From contig NC_042999.1 in NCBI RefSeq assembly GCF_006345805.1, positions 94,674,001 through 94,738,000 of the forward strand: a stretch of DNA of 64,000 bases, written 5' to 3'. The translations under genes were made by a program, and so were the position numbers. Under the pieces are notes generated by a model that saw only the letters and a list, made by a program, of their open reading frames with translations, did not search any database and was not told the DNA's origin. The stretch comes from Octopus sinensis (Eukaryota). This document shows, one piece after another, positions 28,520 to 41,861 of the stretch; the first letter of the stretch is position 1, and every line of letters starts with the position of its first letter.

Positions 28520-29340
28520 GATTGATTGATTGATTCTAGTTTCAGCTCATGAGCTGTGGCCATGCTGGGGCACCGCCATTTGGTGTGGCTACATGGTTTT
28601 ACTTCACGAATGCTTTTTAGCAACTGCCATTTGGTGCATGAGAGAGTTCGATGCAGTGCCCTCATCTGCACCTCCTGCCGTGAAGTTGGTTCATCTGGTA
28701 TACTTGACAGGAAGAGATCCAGTTTCATTTTAAAGACATCTGCATCCACCCCATGGAAGCTCTTAGGTTCTTCGGGAGGATATTGAAGAGCTGTGGGCCT
28801 CGGAAGCCCAGGCTACCACAGTATCTTGTCTACATCTTGATGGCAAATTTGGGAGTCTAGGCACAGGCCACAGTGGCGCCCAGTTCTGGCATTTGTGTAA
28901 CTCTCGATGCCAAAGTTGGGGACAAGTCCCTCTAGGATCTTCCAGATGTATATTATGGCATATCATTCTCGCCTACGCTCCAAGGAATAGAGTTTTAATC
29001 TCTTGAGTCTTTCCCAGCAGCTTATATTCTGCATAGAGGCTTTCTTCTTCGTGTAGCTACGTTGGATCGCCTCAAGTTCTGTGATCAACTTGACACTGGA
29101 TGGTGACCATAGCTGAGAGCAATAGTCAAAGTGGCTTAGGACAAGTGTCCTCCAGAGGACTATCATTGTTTCTTGTTCTCTTGTTCTAAAGGTTCCGAGA
29201 ATCCATCCGGCCAGTCGCCTACATTTCATGGCCAATTTAGCAACATGTACACGAAAGGTTGCGTCATCACTCATGTAAATACCCAGGTCACGCACTGATT
29301 GTGCCTCTGGGATTGCAATTCCTCCAGGTCCAGTGTATTA
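28520..29340 (-). mobile_element. 5'-truncated copy of the 30-36 kb LINE with (AATC)n tail
   Basis: ORF 28963-29295 is nearly identical to ORF 35327-35704; same 3' UTR and tail. Confidence 0.95.
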
Positions 29341-29747
29341 ATATAGACATATATATATACATTATATATATATATACATATAATATATAATATATATATA
29401 TACATATATATATACATATATATATATATATACATATATATATACATATATATATATATATGATATATATTATATATATACTATATATTATATATAGATA
29501 TATATATATATATATAACATACATATAGTATATATACATATATATTATATATACATATATATATACATACATATATATAATACATATATATCACATATAC
29601 ATATTATATTATATATATATACATTAATATATACATACATATATAATAATATACATATATATATACATATATATATACATATATATATATACATATATAT
29701 ATACATATATATATATACATATATATATATATACATATATATTATTG

Positions 29748-29779
<32 letters not shown>

Positions 29780-29883
29780 CAGAATATATATATATACATA
29801 ATATATATTACATATATATACATATACATTATACATATTATTATATATATATAACAATATATATATATATACATATATATATA

Positions 29884-29918
<35 letters not shown>

Positions 29919-30020
29919 CATATATATAGTATATACATATATATATATACATATATACATTATATAATATATAAATATATATATAATATATATACATATA
30001 TACATATACATAATATATAT

Positions 30021-30058
<38 letters not shown>

Positions 30059-30116
30059 GTATATATATATATATATATATGTATTATCATATATATTATA
30101 TACATATATATATGTA

Positions 30117-30152
<36 letters not shown>

Positions 30153-30200
30153 CATAATATATTACATATAGATATATAAATATATATACATGATAATATA

Positions 30201-30230
<30 letters not shown>
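29341..30230. repeat. ~890 bp degenerate (TA)n/(TACATA)n tract
   Basis: Direct inspection. Confidence 0.97.
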
Positions 30231-30231
<1 letters not shown>

Positions 30232-30684
30232 GTTCCGTTTTCAGCAGAGAAAGACGTGATTGCCTTTGCTCTGTGAAAAAGTTTGCATAGAACGGCGAAA
30301 TAACCCACTGTAGTTGCAAAACGTAAAACTCTAAGTCATAGAGATCACACTACAACACTTTGGTTTAAAAATATTTAAAAAAATATATATATAAATATAT
30401 ACATAACACAGTAATTTTCATTATCGCCGAAACGCACATGGTGCAAAAATAACTGAATCAAGTTATCTCCTGCAAGAAAGAAAAAAGAAGCATCTCTCTG
30501 AAAAAAATCCCGTAAACCAAAAGAAAAAATAATCCAGACCACATTGTGGATTAAGTATCAATTCATCTATTTCATATTTTATTTATTATTCTATTTTATC
30601 TTCACTTAGGCCCACATCTTAGTTAAAGTTGCGATCGTCATTTTGTTTGTTTACATTTTCAATAACTGTTCTCGATATAATAAT

Positions 30685-32106
30685 TTTCCAGATACTCTAT
30701 CTTCTAATTAGCCTAAGATTAAATTAAATAACGTTTATATTGATACGTCAAATAGCCTTAGGATTAATTAAATCGTTTAATATTGTTAATATTGTTAATA
30801 ATTATTGTTAATTAGCCTTAGATTAATTTTATTAAATAACGTTTATATTGATACCGTCAAATTAGCCTTCGGATTAAATTAAATAACGTTTAATATTGTT
30901 TAATATTGTTAATAATTATTGTTAATTAGCCTAAGATTAAATTAAATAACGTTTAATATTGTTTTAATATTGTTAATAATTTTTGATACCGTCAAATTAG
31001 CCTTAGGATTAAATTAAATAACGTTTAATATTGTTTAATATTGTTAATAATTATTGTTAATTAGCCTTAAGATTAAATTAAATAACGTTTAATTGATACC
31101 GTCAAATTACCTTCGGATAAATTAAATTAAATTAAATTAATAACGTTAATATTGTTTAATATTGTTAATAATTATTGTTAATTAGCCTAAGATTAAATTA
31201 AATAACGTTTAATATTGTTTAATATTGTTAATAATTTTTCAGATACTCTATCTTCTAATAGCCCTAAGATTAAATTAAATAACGTTTAATATTAAAAACG
31301 TCTAATTAGCCTTAGGATTAAATTAAAACGTTAATATTGTGTAATAATTATTGTTAATTAGCCTTAGGATTAAATTAAATAACGTTTTAACATTGTTTAA
31401 TATTGTTAATAATTACTGTTAATTAGCCTTAAGATTAAATTAAATAACGTTTATATTGTTTAATATTGTTAATAATTCTTCAGATACTCTATCTTCTAAT
31501 TAGCCTTAAGATTAAATTAAATAACGTTTAATATTACCCACACTCTAATATAATTAAACATTGCTAATATATTTTCAGATACAACTCTATCTCCTGATTA
31601 GCTTTAAGATTAATAACGTTTTTATCCACACTCTATTAATATAATATTGCTAATATATTTTTTTTTCAGATACTCTATCTTCTAATTAGCCTTAAGATTA
31701 AATTAAATAACGTTAATATTAATAACGTCTAATTAGCCTTAAGATTAAATTAAATAACGGTTAATATTGCTTAATATTGTATATATAATTTTTCAGATAC
31801 TCTGTCTTCTAATTAGCCTTAAGATTAAATTAAATAACGTTTAATATTACCCACACTCTAATATAATATTAATATTGCTAATATATTTTCAGATACTCTA
31901 TCTCCTAATTAGCCTTAAGATTAAACAACGTTTTTATCCACACTCTAATATAATATTAATATTGCTAATACATTTTCAGATACTCTATCCCCCCCCCTAA
32001 TTAGCCTTAAGATTAAATAACGTTTTTACCCAAATAACGTTTTTACACAAACTTTAATATTGTTAATATTTCTTTTTCAAGTACTCTATCTTCTAATTAG
32101 CCTTAA
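30685..32106 (+). repeat. AT-rich tandem array, ~21 copies of core aattagccttaagattaaattaaataacgttt with variable spacers
   Basis: Cores counted by eye from 30706 to 32095; alternating spacers aatattgttaataatt, cagatactctatcttct and gataccgtca. Confidence 0.93.
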
Positions 32107-32167
32107 TATCTTCCTGTCTTCTCTCGAACATAATTAGATAGATAAACGGATAGACGGATTATCCAGC

Positions 32168-32950
32168 ATGTCCAGAGCATGGAGACGTGACGAGCTGGAT
32201 TTATTCGTACGAGCATGGGAGTGCGCCGGCGGAGATAGCCCTAGGGAGGTGATTGCGGCTGCGCTGAAGAGCAGAGGCTACAAGAGGACAGCGGCTCAGA
32301 TGGAGCGAAAGAGACAGGAATTCGTGCGCTCATATGCGCTTGTACGGTCGCACATTGGCGCACTTGATGCCATCTTTGAGAACGAGCGGGGCAAAGATGG
32401 CAAGAATGGAGACAACGAAAGAAGTCACCCCCACCTGGTGGACGCCCGGGAGGAGGTTTTGAATGAGAAACCTGCCCGGGAAGTGAACCCAGGTGCAAGT
32501 TCTCAACCGGCAGCAAGGGCCATGGAGACGGAGAACCGGTGAAGAGGTAGAGGGAGGAAGAAGAACTAAAAGAAGGACTGAAGAGCTAAAGGAAAAGAAA
32601 AAGCTCAAGCAGGACAAAGAGTGAAACAACCAGAAATAGAAGTGGAACCGCAAAGGATGGAACCAAACAGCGCACAACGTGGTGTGTATGTTCTACCTGA
32701 GAGGTTCCTGCTGGAATGGAAAGGAAGGTGCAGGCTGCCGCTTTGCACATCGGGGACCCTGCCACAGAGACACGAGGCAGATGGACAAACCATCAACACA
32801 AAGAAAAGGGATGGACCATGCACCACCGCCCCAAAACGGAGGTACGCAGATGTTGTGCGCGCCACAAACAGCCAACATGATGTTGTCGAAAGAGCAGCTG
32901 CTGAGCAACAATCTTTTTGTGCATGGCACAAAAGATTGTACAGCAGCTGA
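32168..32950 (+). pseudogene. LINE ORF1 (frameshifted): Myb/SANT trihelix-like domain, charged linker, CCCH zinc finger
   Basis: WRRDELDLFVRAW..IAAALKSRGYKRTAAQMERKRQEFVRSY; CMFYLRGSCWNGKEGAGCRFAH (C-x7-C-x8-C-x3-H, ~32685-32750); RYADVV motif. Confidence 0.75.
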
Positions 32951-33026
32951 CCTGGCTTCATCAAACCCAAGCCCGCAGGTGGGACTACCCACTATATACC
33001 AGACCACCACAGCAAACAGACACAGG

Positions 33027-36024
33027 ATGGACACCGCCGGCAACAACGTACACCTCACCTCGATACTCCTACTGAACATCAGAGGACTGCAAACACTCAG
33101 TAACAGGACAAAGATCCCGTTCCTGAGAGACTTGTTGCATGCAATCAAGCCTTATGCATAGCACTTACAGAAACGCACCTGAAACCGGACATAGCAGATG
33201 CGGAGTTACACATACCACAGTATGCTGTGTACTACGGACCGACAGGAAAGAAAGGAGTCATGGAGGTGTTGCTATGTACATCCGTGAGGACCTCACACCC
33301 CAGGTCCTCTTGTCATACTCAAACTCGGTGTGTGACACAACTAATTGTACATATTAGGCAACTTGATGTAGTTGTGTGTGCTACATATCGCCCTCCAGAT
33401 GCCCCAAGCCATGTGGGCAAGTTTGAAGACTGCCTTATGAAAATAGAAGAAATTCTAACCACATTAGAGCAACACATAGGTGTGCTTCTTATGGGAGACT
33501 TCAATCTGCCCAATGTCAGATGGCCCGAGGGCCTTTCTCTCCCAGGAATGACAAGATGTGAACGAGGACAGGCGAGGTCCCTCCTGAACCTCATCAACAC
33601 CCTGTACATGAGCAGGTAATACTCCAACAACCAGGGCAGGTAACACACTGGATCTCTGCTTCACAAATGACATGGATCTCATCCATAATGTGATGAAAGT
33701 GACACGACACTACTCTCGGATCACAACATGATAGAGCTGACCATGTACGGGCCAAAAGAGAGCACGGACATGCAGCCTACAAGAACCCTCAAAATCTTTC
33801 CAGCTTGAACTACCATAAGGCAAACTGGAAACAAATTGAGAAAGAGATCCTCAAACAAAACTGGCCTAAATGTCTCTCCTCGCCAGACATCGACGTGAAA
33901 CTTCAACAATTCATGTCTGTAATGTAAGCCATATGCTACAAATGTGTCCCAGAGAGAAAGGCCACTGTACACAAGAACAAAATCCCCAGAGAGAGGAAAA
34001 TTTTAATGAGACGGCGTACGAAATTTTCAAATCGCCTAAACAAACAGATTGAAAGCAGTGAAAAGTCCCCGCCTAAAAATAAAACTGTTGGAAATCGAAA
34101 AATGTCTGCAACTCTCCCATGAAAAAGAAAGAGCAGACAAAGAAGCCTGGGCTATAGAAAACATAAAATCTAACCCAGAGCTTTCTACAGGTATGCCAAA
34201 GAAACAGCTACAGTGCACTGTAGAATAGGGCCACTCCTCGAAAAGGATGGCACACTTACAGGAAAACCAATGAGGGTAAGTGAAATACTGAATGAGCAAT
34301 TCAAGAGTGTTTTCACTCCACCCCTTGGGCATCTCCAAATCACCAATCCAACTGACTTTTTTTACCACTGCAGATATAAAATCAGAGGCGGCGACGATAG
34401 ATTACATCGATATAAAGGAAGACGATGTAATCAAGGCTATAGATGAAATGAAAACAGACTCAGCTACTGGCCCCGATGGATTCCGGCAATCCTCCTAAAA
34501 GCATGTAGAGAGAGTCCTAGCAAGACCACTGCAGTTCCTCTTTCAGAGCTTCCTTGCAGCTGGCAAACTTCCAGGAAAATGAAGGAAGGTAAAATATGCC
34601 CCATTCATAAAGGAGGTAGCAGAGCGGAAGCCAAGAACTATAGACCTATTCTCTGACCTCACACATCAGCAAGGTCATGGAACGAATAGTCAGAAGGAAG
34701 CTGATCACCTTCCTTGAAGAGAATGACTTGCTGCCGACACCCAACATGGTTTCCGACCAGGGAGAAGCTGTTTAACTCAGCTCCTACAACACTATGACTG
34801 GGTGCTGAAACGGCTGCTCAACCACTCAATGTGGAAGTGATATATCTCGACTTTGCAAAGGCCTTTGATAAAGTCGATCATGGAATGATATGTCACAAAC
34901 TGCGTGATCTCAACATAGTTGGAAAAGGGGAGAATGGCTTCATGACTTTCTGAAGGATAGAAGTCAGGTGGTAGTAGCCAATGGGGCCACCTCCATTAAC
35001 ACACAAATAGTGAGCGGTGTTCCGCAGGGCACTGTTCTGGGACCACTACTGTTCATAATGGCCCTCTCAGACATGCCCTCAGCCACGCAGAGAGCCACGA
35101 TCACAAGTTATGCAGATGATACAAAAGTTTCACAGGCAATACAGAACCCTGAGGACACTAAACACCTGCAATGTGAGCTGGACGAAATATACAAGTGGGC
35201 TGAAAAGAATAGCATGCAGTTCAATGCTGGAAAGTTTCAAGCTTATACTATCAGCATGCAAAACTGAATGCAATACCCAATGAATACACTGGACCCGGAG
35301 GGATTGCAATCCCAGAGGCACAATCAGTGCGTGACCTGGGTATTCACATGAGTGATGACGCGACCTTTCATGTACATGTTGCTAAACTGACAATGAAATG
35401 TAGACGGCTGGCTGGATGGATTCTTAGAACCTTTAGAACAAGAGAACAAGAAACCATGATGGTCCTCTGGAAGACACTTGTCCTAAGCCACTTTGACTAT
35501 TGCTCTCAGCTATGGTCACCATCCAGTGTCAAGTTGATCACAGAACTTGAGGCGATCCAACGAAGCTACACAAAGAAGATAGCCTCTATGCAGAATGTAA
35601 GCTACTGGGAAAGACTCAAGAGATTAAAATTATATTCCCTGGAGCGTAGGCGGGAAAGATATGCCATAATATACATCTGGAAGATCTGGAGGGAAGTGTC
35701 CTGAACTTTGGCATCGAGGGTTACGCAATGCCAGAATCAGGAACTGGGCGCCACTGCGTGGTGCCTAGGACTCCAAACCTGCCATCAAGATGTAGGACAA
35801 GATTCTGTGATAGCCTGGGCTTCCGAGGCCCACAGCTCTTCAATATCCTCCCGAAGAACCTGAGAGACCTGCATGGGGTGGATACAGATGTCTTTAAAAT
35901 GAAGCTGGATCTCTTCCTGTCAGGTGTCCCAGATGAACCAACTTCACGGCAGGAGGGGCAGATGAGGGCAGCTGCATCGAACTCTCTCATGCACCAAATA
36001 GCAGTTGCTAGAAAGCCTCCATGA
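33027..36024 (+). pseudogene. LINE ORF2: apurinic endonuclease plus reverse transcriptase (frameshifted)
   Basis: LLLNIRGL, ALTETHL, YRPP, MGDFNLP, LDLCF, SDHN; NYRPI, YLDFAKAFDKV, SGVPQGTVLGP, YADD at 35109. Confidence 0.93.
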
Positions 36025-36114
36025 AGTGAAACCAAGTAGCAACACCAATGGCGGTGCCCCAGCATGGCACAGCTCATAGGCTGAAACTGGAATCAATCAA
36101 TCAATCAATCAATC

Positions 36115-36234
36115 ATACATATATACATATATAATATATATACATAGATATTACATACATATATATACATATATATATATACATATAGATATATACATAT
36201 ATATATATACAAATATATATATATATATATACAC

Positions 36235-36267
<33 letters not shown>

Positions 36268-37220
36268 CATATATATATACATATATATACATATATATAT
36301 ATATACATATATATATATACATATATATACATATATATATACATATATAGATATATGTATATTATACATATATATATATATACACATATATTACATATAT
36401 ATATATACATAATACAGATATATATATATACATATATTATATACAATATAAGATATATATATATATATCATATATATATATATATATATAATATATACAG
36501 TATACATATATATATACATATATATACATATATATATACATAATATATACATATATATATATACAGATATATACATATATATATACATATATATATACAT
36601 ATATATATATATACATATATATATATACATATATATACATATATATATATAACATATATATATACATATATATATAATATATATATACATATATATATAC
36701 ATATATATATACATATAATAACACTATATATTACATATACATATATATATACATATTATACACATATATATATACATATATATACACATATATATATACA
36801 TATATATATACACATATATATATACACACACATATATATATAAGTATACACATAATATATATATATGTATACACAATATATACACACATATATATACACA
36901 TATCATATATATATATGTATATATATATATGTATACACATGTATATGTATACACATATATATATATATATACACAATATATATACACACATATATATATA
37001 CACACATAATATATATATATATGTATACACATATATATACATATGTATACACATATATATATAACACATATATATATACACACATATATATATATACACA
37101 CACATATATATATACACATATATATATACAACATATATATATATACATATATAATATAATATATACACACATATATATACACATATATATATATACATAT
37201 ATATATATACATATATATAT

Positions 37221-37266
<46 letters not shown>

Positions 37267-37300
37267 CATATACATATACATGTATATATACAATATATAC

Positions 37301-37335
<35 letters not shown>
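36115..37335. repeat. ~1.2 kb degenerate (TA)n/(TACATA)n tract
   Basis: Direct inspection. Confidence 0.97.
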
Positions 37336-37348
<13 letters not shown>

Positions 37349-37385
37349 TTGTATTTAAGTCTACACACATACATATTTATATACA

Positions 37386-37466
37386 TATGAGGAGGTGCTG
37401 AAAAGTTCCTGGCTTTAAGGATAACACGAAAAGCCTGATTGGCGGCCGAACCTTCCGCGTTCTTTG

Positions 37467-37468
<2 letters not shown>
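37386..37468. mobile_element. Mariner-type MITE end fragment
   Basis: tatgaggaggtgctgaaaagttcctggcttt; internal part is the reverse complement of 28390-28425. Confidence 0.65.
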
Positions 37469-37510
<42 letters not shown>

Positions 37511-37512
<2 letters not shown>

Positions 37513-37750
37513 AATTAGAGATAAAACCACTAATAGGCAAATCAAAAAGTGAAAATCATAAACCAATATTATATATATTAAATTTATAAGTATAAATTAT
37601 TAATTTATGTAACTTTTTAAATTTTAACTTTAATTTAAATATTTTAAATTTTATATTTTATATTATTTTTATTGATTAATTTTATTTCTATGTATTGGTT
37701 TATGATTTTCACTTTTTGATTTGCCTAATAGTGGTTTTATCTTTAATTTA
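37511..37750. repeat. Fold-back inverted repeat, 58 bp arms, TA-flanked
   Basis: 37511-37568 versus 37693-37750. Confidence 0.9.
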
Positions 37751-37796
<46 letters not shown>

Positions 37797-37884
37797 CTAT
37801 AAAATTGGATTAATCTTAAATCTAATTTTTCCCTGTAAGTTTGGATTTACTCCCTAATATTATTATTATATATATATATATTTA

Positions 37885-37966
37885 TTTATAGAAGGAGCTT
37901 CTACAGGACTAGAACTGTTTCATTTGAATGAAACAGTTCTAGTCCTGTAGAAGCTCCTTCTATAAA
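37885..37966. repeat. Perfect hairpin with 40 bp arms, TA-flanked
   Basis: 37885-37924 versus 37927-37966. Confidence 0.95.
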
Positions 37967-38714
37967 AAAATTAATTTACTCTGCTATGTATTGAGTACCT
38001 TATTTACTGTGGTTAACCCCGACTCAACTCGGGACATACATATATATATATATATAGGTATATATATATATAGAGATAGATAGATACATATGTAAGCACG
38101 CACAAGATGAAGAGTTATTAGTAAGTTCTCTGTGGTCGGTACTCTATTCCAGGTAATCCGAAATCGACGTACATCAATCGATTTTGTAAATTGATGGTCT
38201 CATTACCAAGTTAAGATTGTATGCTTTTACAGAGAGATACATAGAATAGACAGAAGTAATTGTTTATATATAGTTATTTATCATAGTTTTAGAGCTTTTC
38301 TACATATGTTTGGTTGTGTTCATGGTTCAATCCTATCAATAGATCGATTGATTGACTGAAAATACAGGAAACCGGTACCCAAAGCTATCTCCTTGAAGGT
38401 AACTGGATTTAGAATCCAGAATGCGCTAGGGTCAAATGTTACTCTTTCTAATTTTCAGCTTAATCAACTACTATAATTACATCGATTAATTACACTGCTT
38501 TCTTTTGGTGATCTTAGCTTAAATGTTTAGCACTTCTTTATGCTCTTTTAAAATCTGGTCCCAGCTTTGAGAACTAAAGGAACACTTGTCAAACCAGAAA
38601 GCATTCAAACTGTTTACAGTGACTAGTAAACCAGTTTGTTCAATGGAGACGATAGCTTGTGTAAATCGTCAAGATTCTTTAACTAGTACTCAATGGATTG
38701 TGTTTTTTTTAATT

Positions 38715-40612
38715 TCTAGTAAACTCTATGTAAAGACCCATTCTACCTGCCGCTTTCATTATACATCTTGTTAAATTATTCAACACTGTACGACGCTATA
38801 GTGTCAAAACCAATAACAATGCAAAAATAGATTGTCTTAGGCTGTGCTTATCATAACAAGCACTCAACTCGTAGTGATTTGATGAACATCTGTGATTCAG
38901 CTATTTTTCTTTACTATTAAGGGCTAAGTAAATATTAAGGGCTAAGTAAATATGTCTGACACAGCATATGCTAAAAAACTATAATGGAACTCATATCTTC
39001 ATGTTGAAGAATCTGTCAAATGGATGTTTTTTTAAACCCAATTATGATGTTACTTGTATATCTACTGCAGATTCTCTGAACTTTCTCAGAACTTTATGAG
39101 GGGTTGCGAATGGATGTAGGTCTTATATGATGCAATGGGTATGTGTTATTCAAGAATGTATTTTGTATTTTGCATGTGATATATTTGTTTTATATAAGTA
39201 GATTAACAGGTGTAAATTGCTTTTGCCGGATGTCGTAGCTATTTCATAATTCCCAAATAAGTGGTGTTAAACCAATGAAGTGTAGCTTACATGTAAAGAT
39301 AAGATTAATAGTTCGGTTACTTACGGTTTATTTACAGCAGTTCATTTCATGCGTTAAAATATTCAATGGTTATCGAACGCAAATGAAACAGAATTAAATT
39401 AAACTCGCTATTTGTGTATCATACGAAATACATACACACCATTCAGAGGCAATATATTCAATGGTTCTTCTCCCAGATAAATCCTCTTCATAGGCATGTC
39501 CGAAAAACACACTATATATCGGAGTGAGCTTTGTCAATATCGGGAAAACGGATGTCACTCGATAAGACAAAATCCGTACTTTGATATATACGAAATAATG
39601 ACCAATACATTCACTGGTATAGGGGAAAACGCGCTGAGCTTTAAAAGACATGCTGAACATAATTTTAAACGACATTAAATTAAGATCATTGTGGAAAGGT
39701 TGATGCCGTGACATTGTCCGAAAGAAAAATCTCTTCGTATACATATTGGGTTAAAATCATCATGAGTCACTGTTGTGGTGGTGTTCACTTTTCTCCAATA
39801 TATTCTATTTATGTCAATGAAGAAATTTTATCTTAAACAAAACCAAGAGTTGCATACCTTTCGACGGTGTATATGCAGTTGACAATTTAATGATAATTTA
39901 ATGCTTAATTTTTTGAATATTTTGTTTTAATAATAAATTATCAGATTATTTTATCTAAGTATGAAGAGCATATATTTTCACACGTGGAAAATAGTTTTGA
40001 TGCCCTTTAAGGTGGATGTGAAAGAAATACGTTTTTGGCTTTAATAGAAAGTTTCGGCAAGTGTTATGACGATTTCTTATGAAAGAATCACAATGCAGCA
40101 TTAAACAACTTCAATAACGTGTCGTGTTATCTGATCTTCGCTTGGATATTATAAAAATATGTAAATCACGATATACTTTTTTAACTTAGGAGATGAAACT
40201 AGAGGAATGACTGTGGTGTAGGAAATCAATGCTGCATTTGTGTGCGTTGAATCAACTGAAGCACATTGCACATTTCAGCTGCTTTATACTGAACATTTCT
40301 TGATAGTACGATTTATTTATAATTTGAATGATATCTTCAGATAATGATTAAAAATCTTCATCCACGTTTTCTCATTCGTTTTTATTTGGTGAGAACTTAT
40401 GTGCTTTCGTCAACTGCAGAGCATCAATAACAGGATTGATTGATATTTCAGCATTTGATAGAAAGTAATAATTGTTCTTGAGAGGAAAAGCAAAATTTAA
40501 AGTGATTTTTCAGCATTCATCTTAACAGTTTCCCATTACACTCTCGGTTGCATTTTAAGATCAAGCTGAATGGTTTTATTACTCGTAGTCCTATAATTTG
40601 AAATGTTGGCTG
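38715..40612 (+). pseudogene. Cluster of decayed exon-like segments (sushi-like, DM9-like, C-type lectin-like)
   Basis: LCKDPFYLPLSLYILLNYSTLYDAIV (~38725); small exon cag|39072-39138|gtatgt; IQWLSN..YLCII (~39360); GCERN..FGKCY..NHNAA..NDC..AAFVCVE (~40011-40255); all with stops. Confidence 0.35.
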
Positions 40613-41031
40613 GTGAGATTTTCTTTGTTAATAATTTACACAATTCTATATGCGAATATAATACAGTTAACATTTGCAAACTGTGCTTCGAAAAAATAAT
40701 TAATTCCACTGTAAATGCTTTTTAATGTTAATAGGTCAAAAGTTAAGATGTTGATGTTGGCTATGAATTCAGCAAATCATTATGGTTTATGATGTTAATC
40801 CTACAACAATAGGGATTTTCTATATTGAGTCATTCCTTTATGAAAACTATCACTTTAAGAAATCAATAAAGAACAAAAACTAAGGTTTGAGCTAACCGAA
40901 ACAACAATGCGATATCAATTCCTGTTATAAAAAAATTATATCGTTAATGCATGCAAGGAACCTATGAATCTCACATATTCGCTATGGTGATAATTTTGAA
41001 TATATTGGGCACTTCTATGTTAAGAACATAA

Positions 41032-41068
<37 letters not shown>

Positions 41069-41810
41069 TTATTTTATATTATACCCAACTGTGCAAAATG
41101 AAATATTTTCTAAAATAAATTTCTATATTCTTCATCTCATAATTTCCCCACATCAAAACGTTACTCTTTAGTATCCAATTATTGCCAAAAAACGTGTCTC
41201 TTTTCATCAAATCAATGGCGAAGGCCGACGCAATTTCCCGAAATTAAACATTCATGAGATACATGCTGTAACTCGTTGTTACGTAACAACACTCCTGTGA
41301 ATTGTAAGAACCACAACCATAAAAGTATTTTTTCATTATTACTTGTTCATTTCTTTGTAGTTATTATCTCACCCGATTCAGCTTCCTTTTGTTCTTCGTA
41401 ATTCCATGTATCTGTCATTTTCTTCTCTTTTTTTGCAATTAAATGTATATCTACTGCAAGCTGGTACTGTGCTATTGTTTATAAATGCAATACATCTTCA
41501 TTGCAATTAGTCTAGGTTCTTTTGTATTTACACATTGTAAACAGAGTTCTTTACTTATGCGATGTGTAATCAAAATATTTTCTATTTTTTAGAAAGAATT
41601 TCGGCAAAGCAATTAAGATGTAATAAACCTAGTTTGGGTAAACTTGAAGCATTAGTAATTAACAAGTGAGCTACTTTTCCAAAAAAAGAAGAAACATATT
41701 CTATTTTCAAACTTTGTTTCTGTAAGTCGAATCTGGAGATAGTTGAAAGCATTAATTTGTGATGCATATAAATATAGTGCTGCATTACGTGTACCATAGC
41801 AATAATAATA

Positions 41811-41854
<44 letters not shown>

Positions 41855-41861
41855 TAATAAT

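Larger units (their letters stand above)
30231..36114 (+). mobile_element. Near full-length APE-RT LINE (CR1/L2 group): ~1.9 kb 5' region, ORF1, ORF2, (AATC)6 tail
   Basis: Continuous ORF1-EN-RT-3'UTR; both ends abut long TA tracts; the 5' boundary is inferred from the microsatellite edge. Confidence 0.9.

Noticed and set aside
28520-29340. Twin-priming 5' inversion of the large LINE
   Set aside because: The inverted piece duplicates the 3' end with its own tail and differs by substitutions, so it is a separate insertion
29288-30319. Long YI/IC-rich ORFs (also 36105-37566, 13260-13686, 25298-25621)
   Set aside because: Read-through of TA/CA microsatellites that lack stop codons
30685-32106. 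CRISPR-like repeat-spacer array
   Set aside because: Spacers are themselves repetitive, unit length varies, no cas genes are present and the context is eukaryotic
28256-37468. Composite transposon bounded by two mariner-MITE ends around the LINEs
   Set aside because: Both TIRs read in the same direction and their internal parts overlap, so they are independent fragments
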